This document shows, one piece after another, positions 12,562 to 24,229 of a DNA stretch of 64,000 bases (the stretch's first letter is position 1; every line of letters starts with the position of its first letter). The position numbers and the translations under genes are program-made. Under the pieces are notes generated by a model. That model was not told the DNA's origin, did no database searches, and saw nothing but the letters and a program-made list of their open reading frames with translations. This DNA is from Leucoraja ocellata (taxonomy: Eukaryota), in NCBI GenBank assembly GCA_036785375.1, contig JAWMAR010000256.1, positions 3,162,001 through 3,226,000 of the forward strand. Reading direction: 5' to 3'.

Positions 12562-12810
12562 TAGAGCACCGAAACAGGCCCTTCGGCCCACCAAGTCTGC
12601 ACCGATCAGCAATTCACATATGCTAGCACTATCCTACACACTAGGGATAATTTACAATCTTTACCAATTAACCTACAAACCTCTATGTATTTGGAGTGTG
12701 GGCAAAAGCCGGAGCACCCAGGAAACCTCCCGTGGTCACAGGGAGAATGTACAAACAGTGTAAAGACAGCACCCATAGTCAGGATCAACCCCGGGTCACC
12801 GTCACTGTAA
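12562..12810 (-). mobile_element. HE1-like tRNA-derived V-SINE
   Basis: Reverse complement reads 'gacccgggttgatcctgactatgggtgctgtc...ctccaaatacatagaggtttgtaggttaattgg...gggccgaagggcctgtttc'. Confidence 0.85.
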
Positions 12811-13681
12811 ATGGAGTTATTATTTCAGCATGAAGGGATGTGGCAGAGACTATCTATAACAACCTGAAATTAAAGCAGATAGTGACTTGATCTCCCTTGA
12901 AAAAGCAATGAGACACACAAGTAAGGCCAAGGATCTCAGCAAGGGCATCAAACTGAGTTAGAGTCTTGAACTTTCTCTAATACCATACAAAAAATTAAGC
13001 TCACGCCACCGTGAGACATCCCCACATCATTGGAAAAGATGACACCAGGTATCTGTACAATGGCTTTATGGGTATTTTAAATTATTGGACACCCAGCAGC
13101 CCTGTTAGAAATATGTTGATGAATATAAACTGGAATTAACAAATGCAAAGAGCAAATAATCATTGAGGACCCTTTAAGTCCTACTCCTTGCTGCAATGCT
13201 TACACCTTGCTTATACGTGAAGTGCAAATACAGATCTCAGGTCACACCTTTAACTGCCAATTTCTGCCAGTGAACATGAACATGGCCAATGTGCATGAGA
13301 TGATATCTGACTTAAAGACACTGTTAATGCCAGTGCCTCCACCACTGTAATAACTATGTCAAACACAAGCTTGAGAAACAATACTTCATCACCTCTTCCA
13401 TCTGGGCGCATTGCAGTTGTCTTGAATCATATTGATTTCTACTTCAGGTCACTCACCATCTTTTCTATGAGATCTGGTAATTTCTGCTTAAAACGTCCAA
13501 CTGGGATATGGGCTTATTATTTTCTCTCTTCATTCACAAAGACATGACCTACAATCTGCATTTCACACTTTATCATATTCCTCGGTTTGTATTTCCACTC
13601 TAGATGCCCTCATCTTATAGAATTTTTTTTTTTTTCCCCACTATCTTCTCCCATTAATTGATCAACTAGAAATATTTACAA

Positions 13682-13935
13682 AGACAAAGCGCTGGAGAAA
13701 CTCAATACATCAGGCAGCATCTCTGGAGGACATGGATAGGTGACATTTGGATCAGGGCCCTACTTCAGACCTGATCTCCCCTTAAAAAGCATCACAACAC
13801 ACACATGAAGTTATGTGAAGAAGGTCCCGACTCAAAATGCCACCTACCCATTTTATCCAGAGATGCTGCCTGACCCTCTGAGTTTTTCCAGCATTTTGTG
13901 TCTTTTTTTGTAAACCAGCAAATTCAGTTCTTTGT
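13682..13935. mobile_element. Palindromic Penelope terminal-repeat (pLTR) element with two degenerate hammerhead-like motifs
   Basis: Left arm 'gacaaagcgctggagaaactc...cagcatctctggag...cttcagac' is inverted to right arm 'gtgaagaaggtcccgactc...ccagagatgctgcctgacc...ccagcattttgtgtc'. Confidence 0.75.
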
Positions 13936-14189
13936 TTCCATCTAAAATATTAACTCTATTTCTCTCTCCGCATTTACTTATTCACCTTCCAAATGCTTCC
14001 AGCATTTTTGTGTGTTTTTTATTTCAAGTTCCTGGCAGTTTTTTTGTAATTTGTACAATAAAAAAAATGCACTCACACTTCCAACCTCCAGGTATATCTG
14101 TTCGGGGACCAATTCTTATCCAAAATAGAACAGGAGAAAGAAAAAAAAAATTCAATGGTGTTCTAAATTCATGGAAGGATACAAGTGAC

Positions 14190-14610
14190 CAAGAGGGAAT
14201 GTATCAGAAATTGAAAAGTCTGTTTTGTTGGATAAGAGTGCTGTGCTATAGGGAGAGGTTGAATAGCATGGACCTTTACCCTCTGCAGATCATAAGAATG
14301 AGAGGTAATCTTCGCTGAAATGTTGGAAATTCCTGAGGGAGGATGCAAAGAGGATGTTACACCTGGCTAAAGTGTCCAAAATTATGGAATCCTGCTCACG
14401 AGATAAAGGATTGAGCTAGGAAGAAATATCTTTGCCCAGAAGTTTGCGAGTACTTGGAATTCTACCCATGGATTGGGGATAAAAGTTGTCGCATTTACAG
14501 TATTTAGAACTCTGATTCAAGTAGAAAGGAAGATCTGTCACACCCGCTGACTGGTGAAGCAGATGAAAGGGGAATTCTAGCCTTCACCTACTATTTCTTT
14601 TATCCAGTCA
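14190..14610 (+). mobile_element. Old CR1 3' fragment
   Basis: End of ORF 13932..14318 (CYRERLNSMDLYPLQIIRMRGNL) resembles the CR1 ORF2 C-terminus. Confidence 0.6.
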
Positions 14611-15354
14611 ATAGTCTTTCATCTGCACACTGCAATATTTTATTTGGCAGCTATCATCTTTAACAAAGCATGCAGGGGGGTAAGAGTGAAATGTTAAAGG
14701 TGGGATTTGGTTGCGTAGTTTCACAGGAGCATAAGCTTTGTTCAAGACATGAAATAAATGACCCAAAACCTGTTGAAGTGTTTGATACTGAACACTACTA
14801 TTCTGGGAGGCCATTCAATGGAGAATATATGTGGAAAAATAGTAATGGTCCTCAAGTTTCCCCACTTGTTGTGGCACTGTATCCAATTAATCTAAACAAA
14901 TGCCCCACATTTTATCATTATGTAACGTGAAGTAAAGTGTGTTAAATTGGGTGATATTTTAAAAGTATGATATAATTTTAAAAAGCAACATTTAACAAAT
15001 GCAACTTGGAAGAGGTGACAGCTTTCCATTGTTATGAGTCCAGTGAAGCTCGGAAGCTTTATCATCCTGTCTAATTACAAGAGAGAGGACAAAGAGGCTC
15101 ACTTTTTACAATTTTGTCAGCACTTTGTAACCATTTCCACTTGTTGAGGCAACAATGCTAAAGTGATTAATAAGGACATTTTTTCTTCGAAATTTGCAGA
15201 TTTTTCAACCAAATATAAATCAATTTTTATTAGAGATGAAGGGTTTAAATCTTAATGCTAGTAGTACAAAGAGAACGTTGTTAAAGCTTCAATATTTTGC
15301 TTAAAAGAAAGTGAGAGGGAAAATGGGTGAAGACTCAATCTGCATGATTATTTT

Positions 15355-15690
15355 CCATTTCCAAGAGGAGGAATTTCTTTAGTCAGGGTGGTGAATCTGT
15401 GGAATTCGTAACCACAATGATGGCCAAGTTAATGGATATTTTTAAGGCAGAGATAAGTTTAGTTTATTTATTGTCACGTGTACCAAGGTACAGTGAAAAG
15501 CTTTGTTGCATGCTAACCAGTCAGCAGAAAGAGAATACATACAGTTGAGATTGACAGATTCTTGATTAGTACAGTCGTTAGCGATTATGTGGAGAAGGCA
15601 GGTGAATGGGGTTGAGATGGAAAGAGAGGTCAGACTGGATAGAATGAAATAATGGCCTAATTCTGCTCCTATAACTTAGGAACATGAAGT
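15355..15690 (+). mobile_element. CR1 3' end containing a short reverse-orientation retroposon tail (about 15456-15545)
   Basis: 'gaggaatttctttagtcagggtggtgaatctgtggaattc' and 'ggcctaattctgctcctataac'; insert 'gtttagtttatttattgtcacgtgtacc'. Confidence 0.75.
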
Positions 15691-16633
15691 TTTGATCTAA
15701 CTTGTGTCCGAGATTCACAAGATATGGGACATGGCCAAAGCAGATTAGGCAATTTTAATGACATCAATGCACCATTTTAATGCCAAGATTGATTGGAAAT
15801 GCAGTTCATTGTGCATCAATTAATCTACATGGTCCTGCCAAATTTTTGCATCAAAACTATTCGAGACCAGAGAATTTTGTCTGGCGTACTTGAGTGTGAT
15901 CTCTCAAAGCAGGGCTAGCATTCATATCACAGTCATCTTATTGGGGCATGATTGAAGTCCTGCTGGGTGCCCATCTAAACACTATTAATTTTAGACAGCA
16001 CTGTAGCTGAAAGGTTGACAACATTGCTACCATATTATGATCATGGGCTTTTCCAGCATGACAGCAAACTCAGGATAATCCAATTAACTTTTCCACCGCC
16101 TCACAACTGCAATTTATAGCTCCTCTACCTCAATTTATTTATATCTTATAATGCTCATAAAGAACAGGCACATGTTATTTTGGTGACAGTAATTAGAAGG
16201 GAATTAGGAAAAGTTATTGAAATTTCCCCTTCAGCCAGACTAACATTTCAAGAGAAATAAAAATGATCACATTCAGTCTTGAATACTGAGCATATTTTCA
16301 TGAACTCCTCAATGAATGGATAAATGCCAGAGCTGCGTGTATTATAAAAGCTTTCATTTATACATTTCAATATGTTTTATTATTTCTGCAGACTTATCTC
16401 CCTTACACACCTGGATCTGATCCTACAGTAAAGAGGAGGATTGGGAAACTGAGACCTTGCATGTTTTTTTTAAATTACACACACTGAATATGACACCAGA
16501 CTGTCTTCCAAATAATCTCTGTAAATTTATTTACTAAAATTGGTTCTGGATTTACTTTTATCACATTTAGTGGGCAGTTATAGTAGCATTTCGTTGCCAC
16601 ACAATTCAAGGGATGGTGGGAGTAAAGGTAGAA

Positions 16634-16930
16634 NNNNNNNNNNNNNNNNNNNNNNNNNNNNNNNNNNNNNNNNNNNNNNNNNNNNNNNNNNNNNNNNNNN
16701 NNNNNNNNNNNNNNNNNNNNNNNNNNNNNNNNNNNNNNNNNNNNNNNNNNNNNNNNNNNNNNNNNNNNNNNNNNNNNNNNNNNNNNNNNNNNNNNNNNNN
16801 NNNNNNNNNNNNNNNNNNNNNNNNNNNNNNNNNNNNNNNNNNNNNNNNNNNNNNNNNNNNNNNNNNNNNNNNNNNNNNNNNNNNNNNNNNNNNNNNNNNN
16901 NNNNNNNNNNNNNNNNNNNNNNNNNNNNNN
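16634..16930. other. Assembly gap (297 N)
   Basis: Run of N. Confidence 1.
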
Positions 16931-17246
16931 GACATTTGTTCAGTCATTCAGAGCTCAGACCTCCATGTTGTAGAGACTGATTGGGGCACACCACTTCCTG
17001 GTTTTATAGTCCCTCCCCCACCCACTAGCAGGAGCAGCAGAGAGAATGGGGAATTTTGTAAAAGCATTAATATCTCTGTCATTTTCGATCGATGGGAAAA
17101 ATCCTCGGCACACATACGGCGGAGGGGGGCTCTGAGCAAGGTCGCTAAAAATGACGGCCGTAGGTGGCGGCGTTCTCTCGGAAATCACAGCACAGAAGGC
17201 CAAAACCGTTCAAGAACAGACTTTTAGTAATATATAATAAGATAGA
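16931..17246 (-). mobile_element. 5' end of a second non-autonomous Helitron of the same family; the rest runs into the gap
   Basis: Shares 'gttcag..attca.agctcagac', 'ggttttatagtccctcc', 'gatgggaaaaatcct', 'ctgagcaag' and the terminus 'agacttttagtaatata' with 4555-4882. Confidence 0.75.
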
Positions 17247-17597
17247 TATAGGATCACCCACAACTTTGGTGTCATGAATGTGATAAAAAATACTGCAGCC
17301 AAAAAATGAATATGCTTAATTTATGACTAAAAAATGTCCCAACAAATTTAATGTAGCCAGTCTGACCCCTGCTACTATAACCCAGTGCCACTGCCAGGAC
17401 AATGAGCCATTGTGGCCAAGATAAGACTTAATGCTTTAATCAGCTTTTAACCTGATGGATGCAAGATGGTGCCAGGATTGTGGCAAATCTGTGTACTGCC
17501 TCAACGTACAATTCCACTATTCCTCATCTTGCGATCCAATGGAGTGGGTGATGGAGAAACTGGGAGATGAGAAGAAATGTTGTCCAGGTAACCAGGG

Positions 17598-17742
17598 GGG
17601 TTAAGTAGATGTCAGTGGATACTTTTCTACTTGAGATTGAGAGGAGTGATCCAGAAAAGGGAGGGATGTGTCTGAAATACACCAAGTAAATTTGAGAGTG
17701 GGGCGAACGTTGGTAGCAGTTATAAAACTGATGAGTTCTACA
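17598..17742 (-). mobile_element. Penelope-like element RT fragment
   Basis: Tail of ORF 17601..17903 (ELISFITATNVRPTLKFTWCISDTSLPFLD) resembles the PLE RT motif NFHPALKFTW..S..SLPFLD. Confidence 0.75.
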
Positions 17743-18534
17743 CTAGTGTAGCCTTGATATATTTGTTTAAAACAAGCCTTAAGATGAAGAAAATAAACAC
17801 TATTCTTCTCTAAACCCTTGTGGTTTAGCTGTGCACAAAAGGCACAAATCCACGGAGGAGTAATAACCTTAGTTCCACCTAACCAAATCTGATTCACTCC
17901 CAAAGGCTCTGGAAATGTTGATGATCAAATAATTGCTGGAGTGAAACCCATTCATCAGCTTTTCAAAATGCTGATAACCTGGGACTATTTTCTGGAAATC
18001 CCCTAGCATGATAATGATCAAAATCATCAAACTGAATATTCTACTTTTAAGAGGGCAAAAACTAATTAGCTGACCCAAGAGTGAAAAGGGAACCGTTTCA
18101 TTTAATTATCTAGATAAAATGGTATAATCAGAATTGAGGGAGGGACTGATGTATCTATCATGCTTTCACAGGGGGGATGTCATGTTATACAGTAAGGGAT
18201 AACTTTAGTAAATTGGAAAGAATCCGAACAGAGGATTAATTCTCCGCCTGGCAGACTTCCTTCATCATCTTCCTTTGAGTAATCATCGGAATGAGTTGTT
18301 TGAAATCATCTAGAGTTAAACTGGACTGTACTTGTGAGTAATATGTAAAGTTAAAGGGCATCTTAAAAGACAATGGGGACAAGAGTGATGACTCACACAT
18401 TTGAGAATGAGTTCTTTTGAGTGTTCACTAGACTCAGATTGTGCACTGAAGTTACAGTTAAGAATAAATCTGTTGTTAGAACACATAGGTCATATCAATA
18501 AATATATTTGCAGTATTTTATATAATCCCATTTT

Positions 18535-19235
18535 AAGATCATCAAACATTGGAGCAGAATTGGTCAATTCGGCCCATTAAGTATGCTTTGCCTTTCGATC
18601 ATGGCTGATTTATTTTTGCTTCTTCACCACATTCTCCTGCCTTCTCCCTGCAACCTTTGACACCCTAAAGGGCCTGTCCCACTTACATAATTTTTTCAGT
18701 GACTTGCCAGCACCCGTCATAGTCGCAGCAGGTCGCTGGAAATTTTCAAAATGTTGAAAATCCAGCGGCGACCAGAAAAAGGTACGACTCTTTGGGCCAC
18801 TACTCACGACCATACAGGCGTCACCCCTCGACATGTGTCAATAAGGTCATCCCTCATTCTTCTACACCCCAGAGCGTACAAGTCCAAACTACCTGGCCTC
18901 TCTCGATAGGGCAATCATCTCATCCCAGAAGTTAGCCTCATGGATCTCTTTTGGACTGCCTCCAATACCACTTTATGTTTTATTTTCGGTAAGGAATTAA
19001 GACTGGGCACAGCATTCCAGATGTAACGTCACAAATATCCTGCACAATTGTACCAAAACCTCCCTTATCTTAAACTCCAACACATGTTCAATAAAAGCTG
19101 ATGCCTTCTTAACTACGTGTATGTGCCTGCTGCCTTTTTGAGATTTATGCACGGGTACATCTGGATCCCTCTGGACCTCAGCCATTTGCAGTCTTTCTCC
19201 ATGACATTGCATTCCCCACATTAAACTCCAGAGTT
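18535..19235 (-). mobile_element. Old CR1 3' fragment interrupted by a MITE
   Basis: ORF 18997..19392 (LQMAEVQRDPDVPVH...LVQLCRIFVTLHLECCAQ); CR1 tail at 18535-18665. Confidence 0.75.
18668..18836. mobile_element. Truncated MITE with one AAGGGCCTGTCCCAC TIR
   Basis: Same terminal sequence as 23346 and 58051; internal imperfect palindrome gtcgctggaaattttca...tgaaaatccagcggcgac; second TIR missing. Confidence 0.75.
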
Positions 19236-19289
19236 CTGCAGTAGACTGAGAGGGGTAGAAACTCTTATGCAGGTCCTCCTCCAGGTTAT

Positions 19290-19432
19290 AGAAACATAGA
19301 GACATAGAAACATAGAAAAATAAGGGCTGGAGTAGGCCATTTGATCCTTCGAGCCAGCACCGCCATTCAATATGTTCATGGCTGATGATCAAAAATCAGT
19401 ACCCCATTCCTGCTTTTTCCCATATCCTTTGA
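19290..19432 (-). mobile_element. CR1 3' tail
   Basis: (catagaaa)n followed by 'ggagtaggccattt...ccgccattcaat'. Confidence 0.85.
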
Positions 19433-19849
19433 CTACTTTTATTTCTGGTGGAGGTTAAAGAGGGACACGTTATGAATGCCCACCTTATGTACAGCCCATT
19501 TATGTGAAAGAACATTTAGAAGATCAGCGGCAAGAATTTTGCCATGTGGAAACTTTGGCCATGACATTACTATTGCATCGTGCAGAGAAATCAAATTGGT
19601 TGAGATAAACACCTGGATTAGCTACATGTTGCCTTTAGTTGGCCTATGTTTATATTTGAATATATTGCCCAATTGGCTGCATTCCGAACTTAAACTGTTC
19701 AGGTTAAAGACAGTTTTAGGAACGCAAAACATTTATAACCTGGTGAGGATCTCTGCTAAGTAAAAAAACCTAAAAACATTTAAGACCCCAGAGATTGTTC
19801 GCATACAGGTGGGGAATATAATGTTGAAACATTAGGGAAAATATAATGA

Positions 19850-20400
19850 GAACAAAGAAAACAAAATTAGGAATAGGGCGTTTGACTCCTCATGTCCTCT
19901 CTGCTCCAATAAGACCTTGGCTGATCATTTACCTTGGTACCACATTCCTGTATTAATTCCATAGCTCTTGAATTGATTAATATCTAAAATTCTATCAATA
20001 TTTGTCTTCAGCACACTCAATGATAAAACCTCTACAGTGACTTGGGCAGAGAACTGCAAATGTTAACTATTTTCTGCATGGAGAGATTTATTCACGGGTG
20101 TCAGAGGTTATGGGGAGAAGGCATGAGAATGGGGTTAGGAGGGAGAGATAGATCAGCCATGATCAGCCACAATGGTGTGAACTTGATGGGTCAAATGGCC
20201 TAATTCTACTATTAGTTATGATCTTATGATCTTCTCATCTTCACCCTCATCAGATTTATTTGAGTGTGACGTGATTCAAGACACTCCAGCCAGAGAAATT
20301 ATAATCTATCTTGTCAACTCTTCAAGAATGTGTATGGTTCATTTGTATTACCTTTCAATGTTCGGAACTCTTTAAAGTGCAAGAGTGATCGGCTGAATCT
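19850..20400 (-). mobile_element. Very old CR1 3' fragment with a plus-strand CR1 tail nested at about 20090-20232
   Basis: Degraded 'gagaacaaagaaa...aattaggaatagg' tail; nested 'ggttatggggagaaggc...ggcctaattctact...ttatgatcttatg'. Confidence 0.55.
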
Positions 20401-20802
20401 CTCTGCATATAACAAGACTGCTAATCGTGGAAAATGTTGCCACTTGCAAGGAGATTGCGTACGTAGCAACCTTTCAATCTAATTTCAATTGATAGAAATA
20501 TGCTCTACACACATTGAATATGTAATTGAATGTGTAAAGTACAACCGGTAATGATCCCCACAAATGCTTAAATCATGAGCATATATTCCCATTCCAATTT
20601 TCAATTGGTAAGAATTCCATGGGACTTGCATACAAACCTCAAAACTACTGCAGGAATCTTTTTATATTCTTTCTTCATTCAGCTTTGAGATGCATGTCTG
20701 TGGCCAATGCAAGTAGATAAATGCATTTAATCTTAAGTACCAAACTTGTTCACTTATTCCTGCACGACAAAGCTATCACAGCACACTAACCCAGACTACT
20801 GG

Positions 20803-20968
20803 TTTTACTTTAGTTTTAATTTAAAGATACAGCGCGGAAACAGGCCCTTTGGCCCACCGAGTCCGCGCCGACCAGTGATCACCGCACACTAACCCTATCC
20901 TACACACACTAGGGGCAATTCACAATTATACCAAGCCAATTAACCAACAAACCTGTACATCTTTGTAG
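20803..20968 (-). mobile_element. HE1-like SINE, 3' half
   Basis: 'agatacagcgcggaaacaggccc...ccgagtccgcgccgacc...ctacacacactagggg...aacctgtacatctttg'. Confidence 0.88.
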
Positions 20969-21944
20969 TGGTGGTCAAGGGCCCACAATGTCAATGGTTC
21001 TGGTCTGGTGCCTGCCAGGGAAGTGGTAGTAGCTGTGATGTATTTGTAATGTACTATCATTGAATGTATCAGAATGGAATTTGTGATGTATATGTAATGT
21101 ACCCCGTAATAATGTAATGTGGGAAAGAAGCAGAAAAGTAAAAGAAAACTCACCCAGCAGGTCTAAAAGCCCCGTTCGGAGGGCCGGGAGATGAAGGGAA
21201 AGTAGCCTTCCGTGATGGCCAGAGGAATCGACGGCTTCTCCCAGAGGGAGTAATGGCCACCACCATGTTCGGCTCAAGCAGCCGTTTTAAACTATATCAC
21301 GAATCGAACCATAACTTGTAGTTCTAATTGATCGGTTGGTAGTGTAATACACGTTGTAATAAAACAAAACTATGTTTGAACCCTGGTTTGCCAACACCCT
21401 GTGCTACTTTTTGGTCTGTAATATATAATCTGAATTCCATAGAGAAGAAACGCTGCAATTTATTTTCCTTCCTTGTGCTGTACAGTTTGATGAAGTTTTT
21501 TACAAGCATCCTTATGCAGAAAAATAAGTAAAGCATGTAGTGTTGAATGGGCATGTTTTCATACATTTGAGGGCATAATATTAATGCAGAATTGTATTTT
21601 CTTATCTTGGAGAAGTCAGTGAAGTTGACTAGGGCTGGGAAAAAGAAATGACAGTGAATGTACAGACTTTTACTTTCATACCTGGGATGACTATATTCCT
21701 AGTCAATATTTCATCTGTACAAAAGATTGCCGCAGTTTTTTTTTCTCTCAGCGAAGCCAAACTTAGTTTTGTGTCTGTTTTTTATCATTCAATAAATCCT
21801 TTTTTATATACAAAAGAAATTGAAAGAACAAAAATAGTTTGTATTGACTGTTTAATATTGACTAAGTTTTTTTGTTTGAAGGGGGAGTCCGCCTCCTAGA
21901 TGGAGCAAGTCTACGAGACCAGGCGGAGAGTAAGTTCAGGATAG

Positions 21945-22200
21945 AGACGTCTAGCCCAGGATAGAGGCCTGTAGCCCAGGATAGAGCCCTATCACTGTGA
22001 ATAGATGCCTGTGTAGCTGTGGACCCCAGTGTAGCTGTGGATAGACCCCTGTGTAGCCATGGATAGACCACCTGTAGCCAGACGCTCAGAGGTGAGAAAC
22101 CTGGGCAGAGGAGCCAGTTCCCCAGAGGTGAGAAACCTGGTCAGAGGACCCCGTCTCCCAGAAGCCAGAAATGGTCTCCCAGAAGGGGCATGTCCCCAGA
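21945..22200 (+). repeat. GC-rich degenerate short tandem modules
   Basis: tagcccaggatagag x2, gtgtagctgtgga x2-3, cagaggtgagaaacctgg x2, tctcccagaag x2. Confidence 0.75.
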
Positions 22201-23049
22201 AGACACGATGCACTGAGATGCAGCGAGAGGCAGGAGCCACTCCCAGTTGCAGCAAAAGGCAACGAGACAGGCCCTTTGTTAGAGTTTCTAGAGTTTGAGG
22301 TTAGTGAAAAACAGCCGCACTCTTAATTGAGTCTAGTGTAAACCCTTATGTGGATATTAGGGGGTGATATAATAAAAGTGAAGGTGGAGGTGCGATGAAA
22401 TTAAAGTGAAGGAGGAGATGTGATGTAATTAAAGTGAAGGGGAAGATGTGATGTATTTGTAATGTACTATCATTGTATGTCTCAATTTGTGATGTACATG
22501 TAATGTACATATGTATTGTAAATGCCAGTGCCCCTTGATGACAAAAGCAGAAGCTGGCAAATGTACCTGTGCCTCGTGATTGAGGTCAAGTGACCTTCTG
22601 GAAGTTTCAGTCATAGCAGATTAAACGTATCTTACATGAAGGCGGACGTGTATTCATTGTGCTAGTCACAACAGGGCCTGACGGAGAACATTACAGTAGT
22701 GATCTGCAGTTTTGATTGTCCCAGCTGGGGGCAGCCAGGGAGGTAGTTAGATTTGGTGGCTTCAGCACCCTGCTTGATCTAGCAGCGATGGCATCAGGGT
22801 TCAATATTTGGGACAGTTGGCCATGCGGCACATTGTGGCAGCGGGGCCTCAAGCCTAGGTTTAGTGATGAGCGTGGTTGAGTTTTGCTGGTGGGGTTTTG
22901 AATCTAACGGTGCCAAGGAATCCAGCTTTCTCCCCGGCCACCCCCAGGCGGGCGGTCAACTGACACAGACTGTCCTCACCTCTCCCGGCTGCCGGCAGGC
23001 TGGAGACGCTGACTTTGCCGAACTTTACCTCCTCCTTGGCCACCTTCAG

Positions 23050-23140
23050 TGTGTGCATTCCCTCCACAGATGCTGCCTGACCTGCTGAGTACCTATAATC
23101 TTTGGTTTTTGACTCCAGCATCTACAGTTTTCTGTGTCTC
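23050..23140 (+). mobile_element. Penelope pLTR-derived fragment
   Basis: 'cattccctccacagatgctgcctgacctgctgag...ccagcatctacagtt'. Confidence 0.7.
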
Positions 23141-23345
23141 TAATTTGGATATTTCTTCTGTCAAATATCTATGCAACAACAATTAATATTTTGTCTGAGT
23201 TTAGGTTATTTGTTCAGAAATCTATATATTTTTTTGTTAATCCAATATGTTTGATGTTTGCTGTTTAATGTCAGGCACAGTAGACATTAATGAGGAGGTC
23301 GCACTTTAGGTGAAATTCCTATGCAGACATGCAAGCATGAGAGTA

Positions 23346-24012
23346 AGGGCCTGTCCCACTTATGTGTCCTTGGCACGCAAATTATGCGACCTCGTGGTCG
23401 CGTTGAGCCGCGATTGTCCCGCGAAGGTTGGACGTGATTTCATGCGTACGCAAAGCCGTCTGTAGCGCGTGATGTCATTTGAAGATGGACACAAAATGCA
23501 GGAGTCTCAGCAGGACCAGCAGCATCTCTGGAGAGAAGCAATGGGTGATGTTCCGTGTCGAGACTCTTCTTCAGTCTGAAAAGAAGGGTCTTGACCTGAA
23601 ACGTCACCCATTGCTTCTCTCCAGAGATTCTGCCGGTCCCGCTGAGTTACTCCTGTCTATCATCAGTTTTCTTGACCCCGCTCTGGGACTAGAAGTGGGG
23701 GCGGATCCGGACTGCAACGGCCGTGAGCCCCAGGCCGAGTTCGGCAATCCTTTGCCTGCTTCTGCTGCTGTTGAAGGTGAGACGTTGCGTCGCGCCAGGG
23801 TCTTGGGCCTGTCCCACTTTTGCCATCAGTTCCGCGACAGGCCATTCACTACAAAAATTTCAGAGCCCCGCGCGATGTCGCGCACAACTACATATCCCTC
23901 CGCGCTTCTCAGTGGGACCGGACCTGCGCGGCCACACGATGCCCGTGCGCCTCAATGCAACCACGAGGTCACGTAATTTGCGTGGCAAGGACACGTAAGT
24001 GGGACAGGCCCT
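23346..24012. mobile_element. MITE (TIR AGGGCCTGTCCCACTTA), superfamily uncertain, inserted into a CR1 fragment and carrying a Penelope pLTR palindrome
   Basis: Long imperfect TIRs (agggcctgtcccacttatgtgtccttg / caaggacacgtaagtgggacaggccct); removing it with a TA duplication restores CR1 'gagtaagcatgcaggtacag' (compare 5581-5601); third internal TIR at about 23806. Confidence 0.88.
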
Positions 24013-24229
24013 TAAGCATGCAGGTACAGCGGGCATTGAAGAAAACAAATGGCATGTAGGACTCCATAACGAGAGGATTTGAGTATAGGTGCAAGGAGGT
24101 CCTACTGCAGTTGTCCAGGGCCCTGATGAGCCAACATTGCATGCAGTTTTGGTCTCCTAATTTGGGGAAGGACGTTCTTGCTATTGAGGGAGTGCAGCAT
24201 AGGTTCACCAGGTTAATTCCCGGGATGGG
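24013..24229 (+). mobile_element. CR1 RT C-terminal fragment
   Basis: Aligns by eye to 5585-5810. Confidence 0.85.

Noticed and set aside
14670-14930. 86-aa ORF as a coding exon
   Set aside because: No recognisable domain or clear splice context; length is within chance expectation
16540-17227. Long ORFs across 16540-17227
   Set aside because: Artefacts of translating through the N gap
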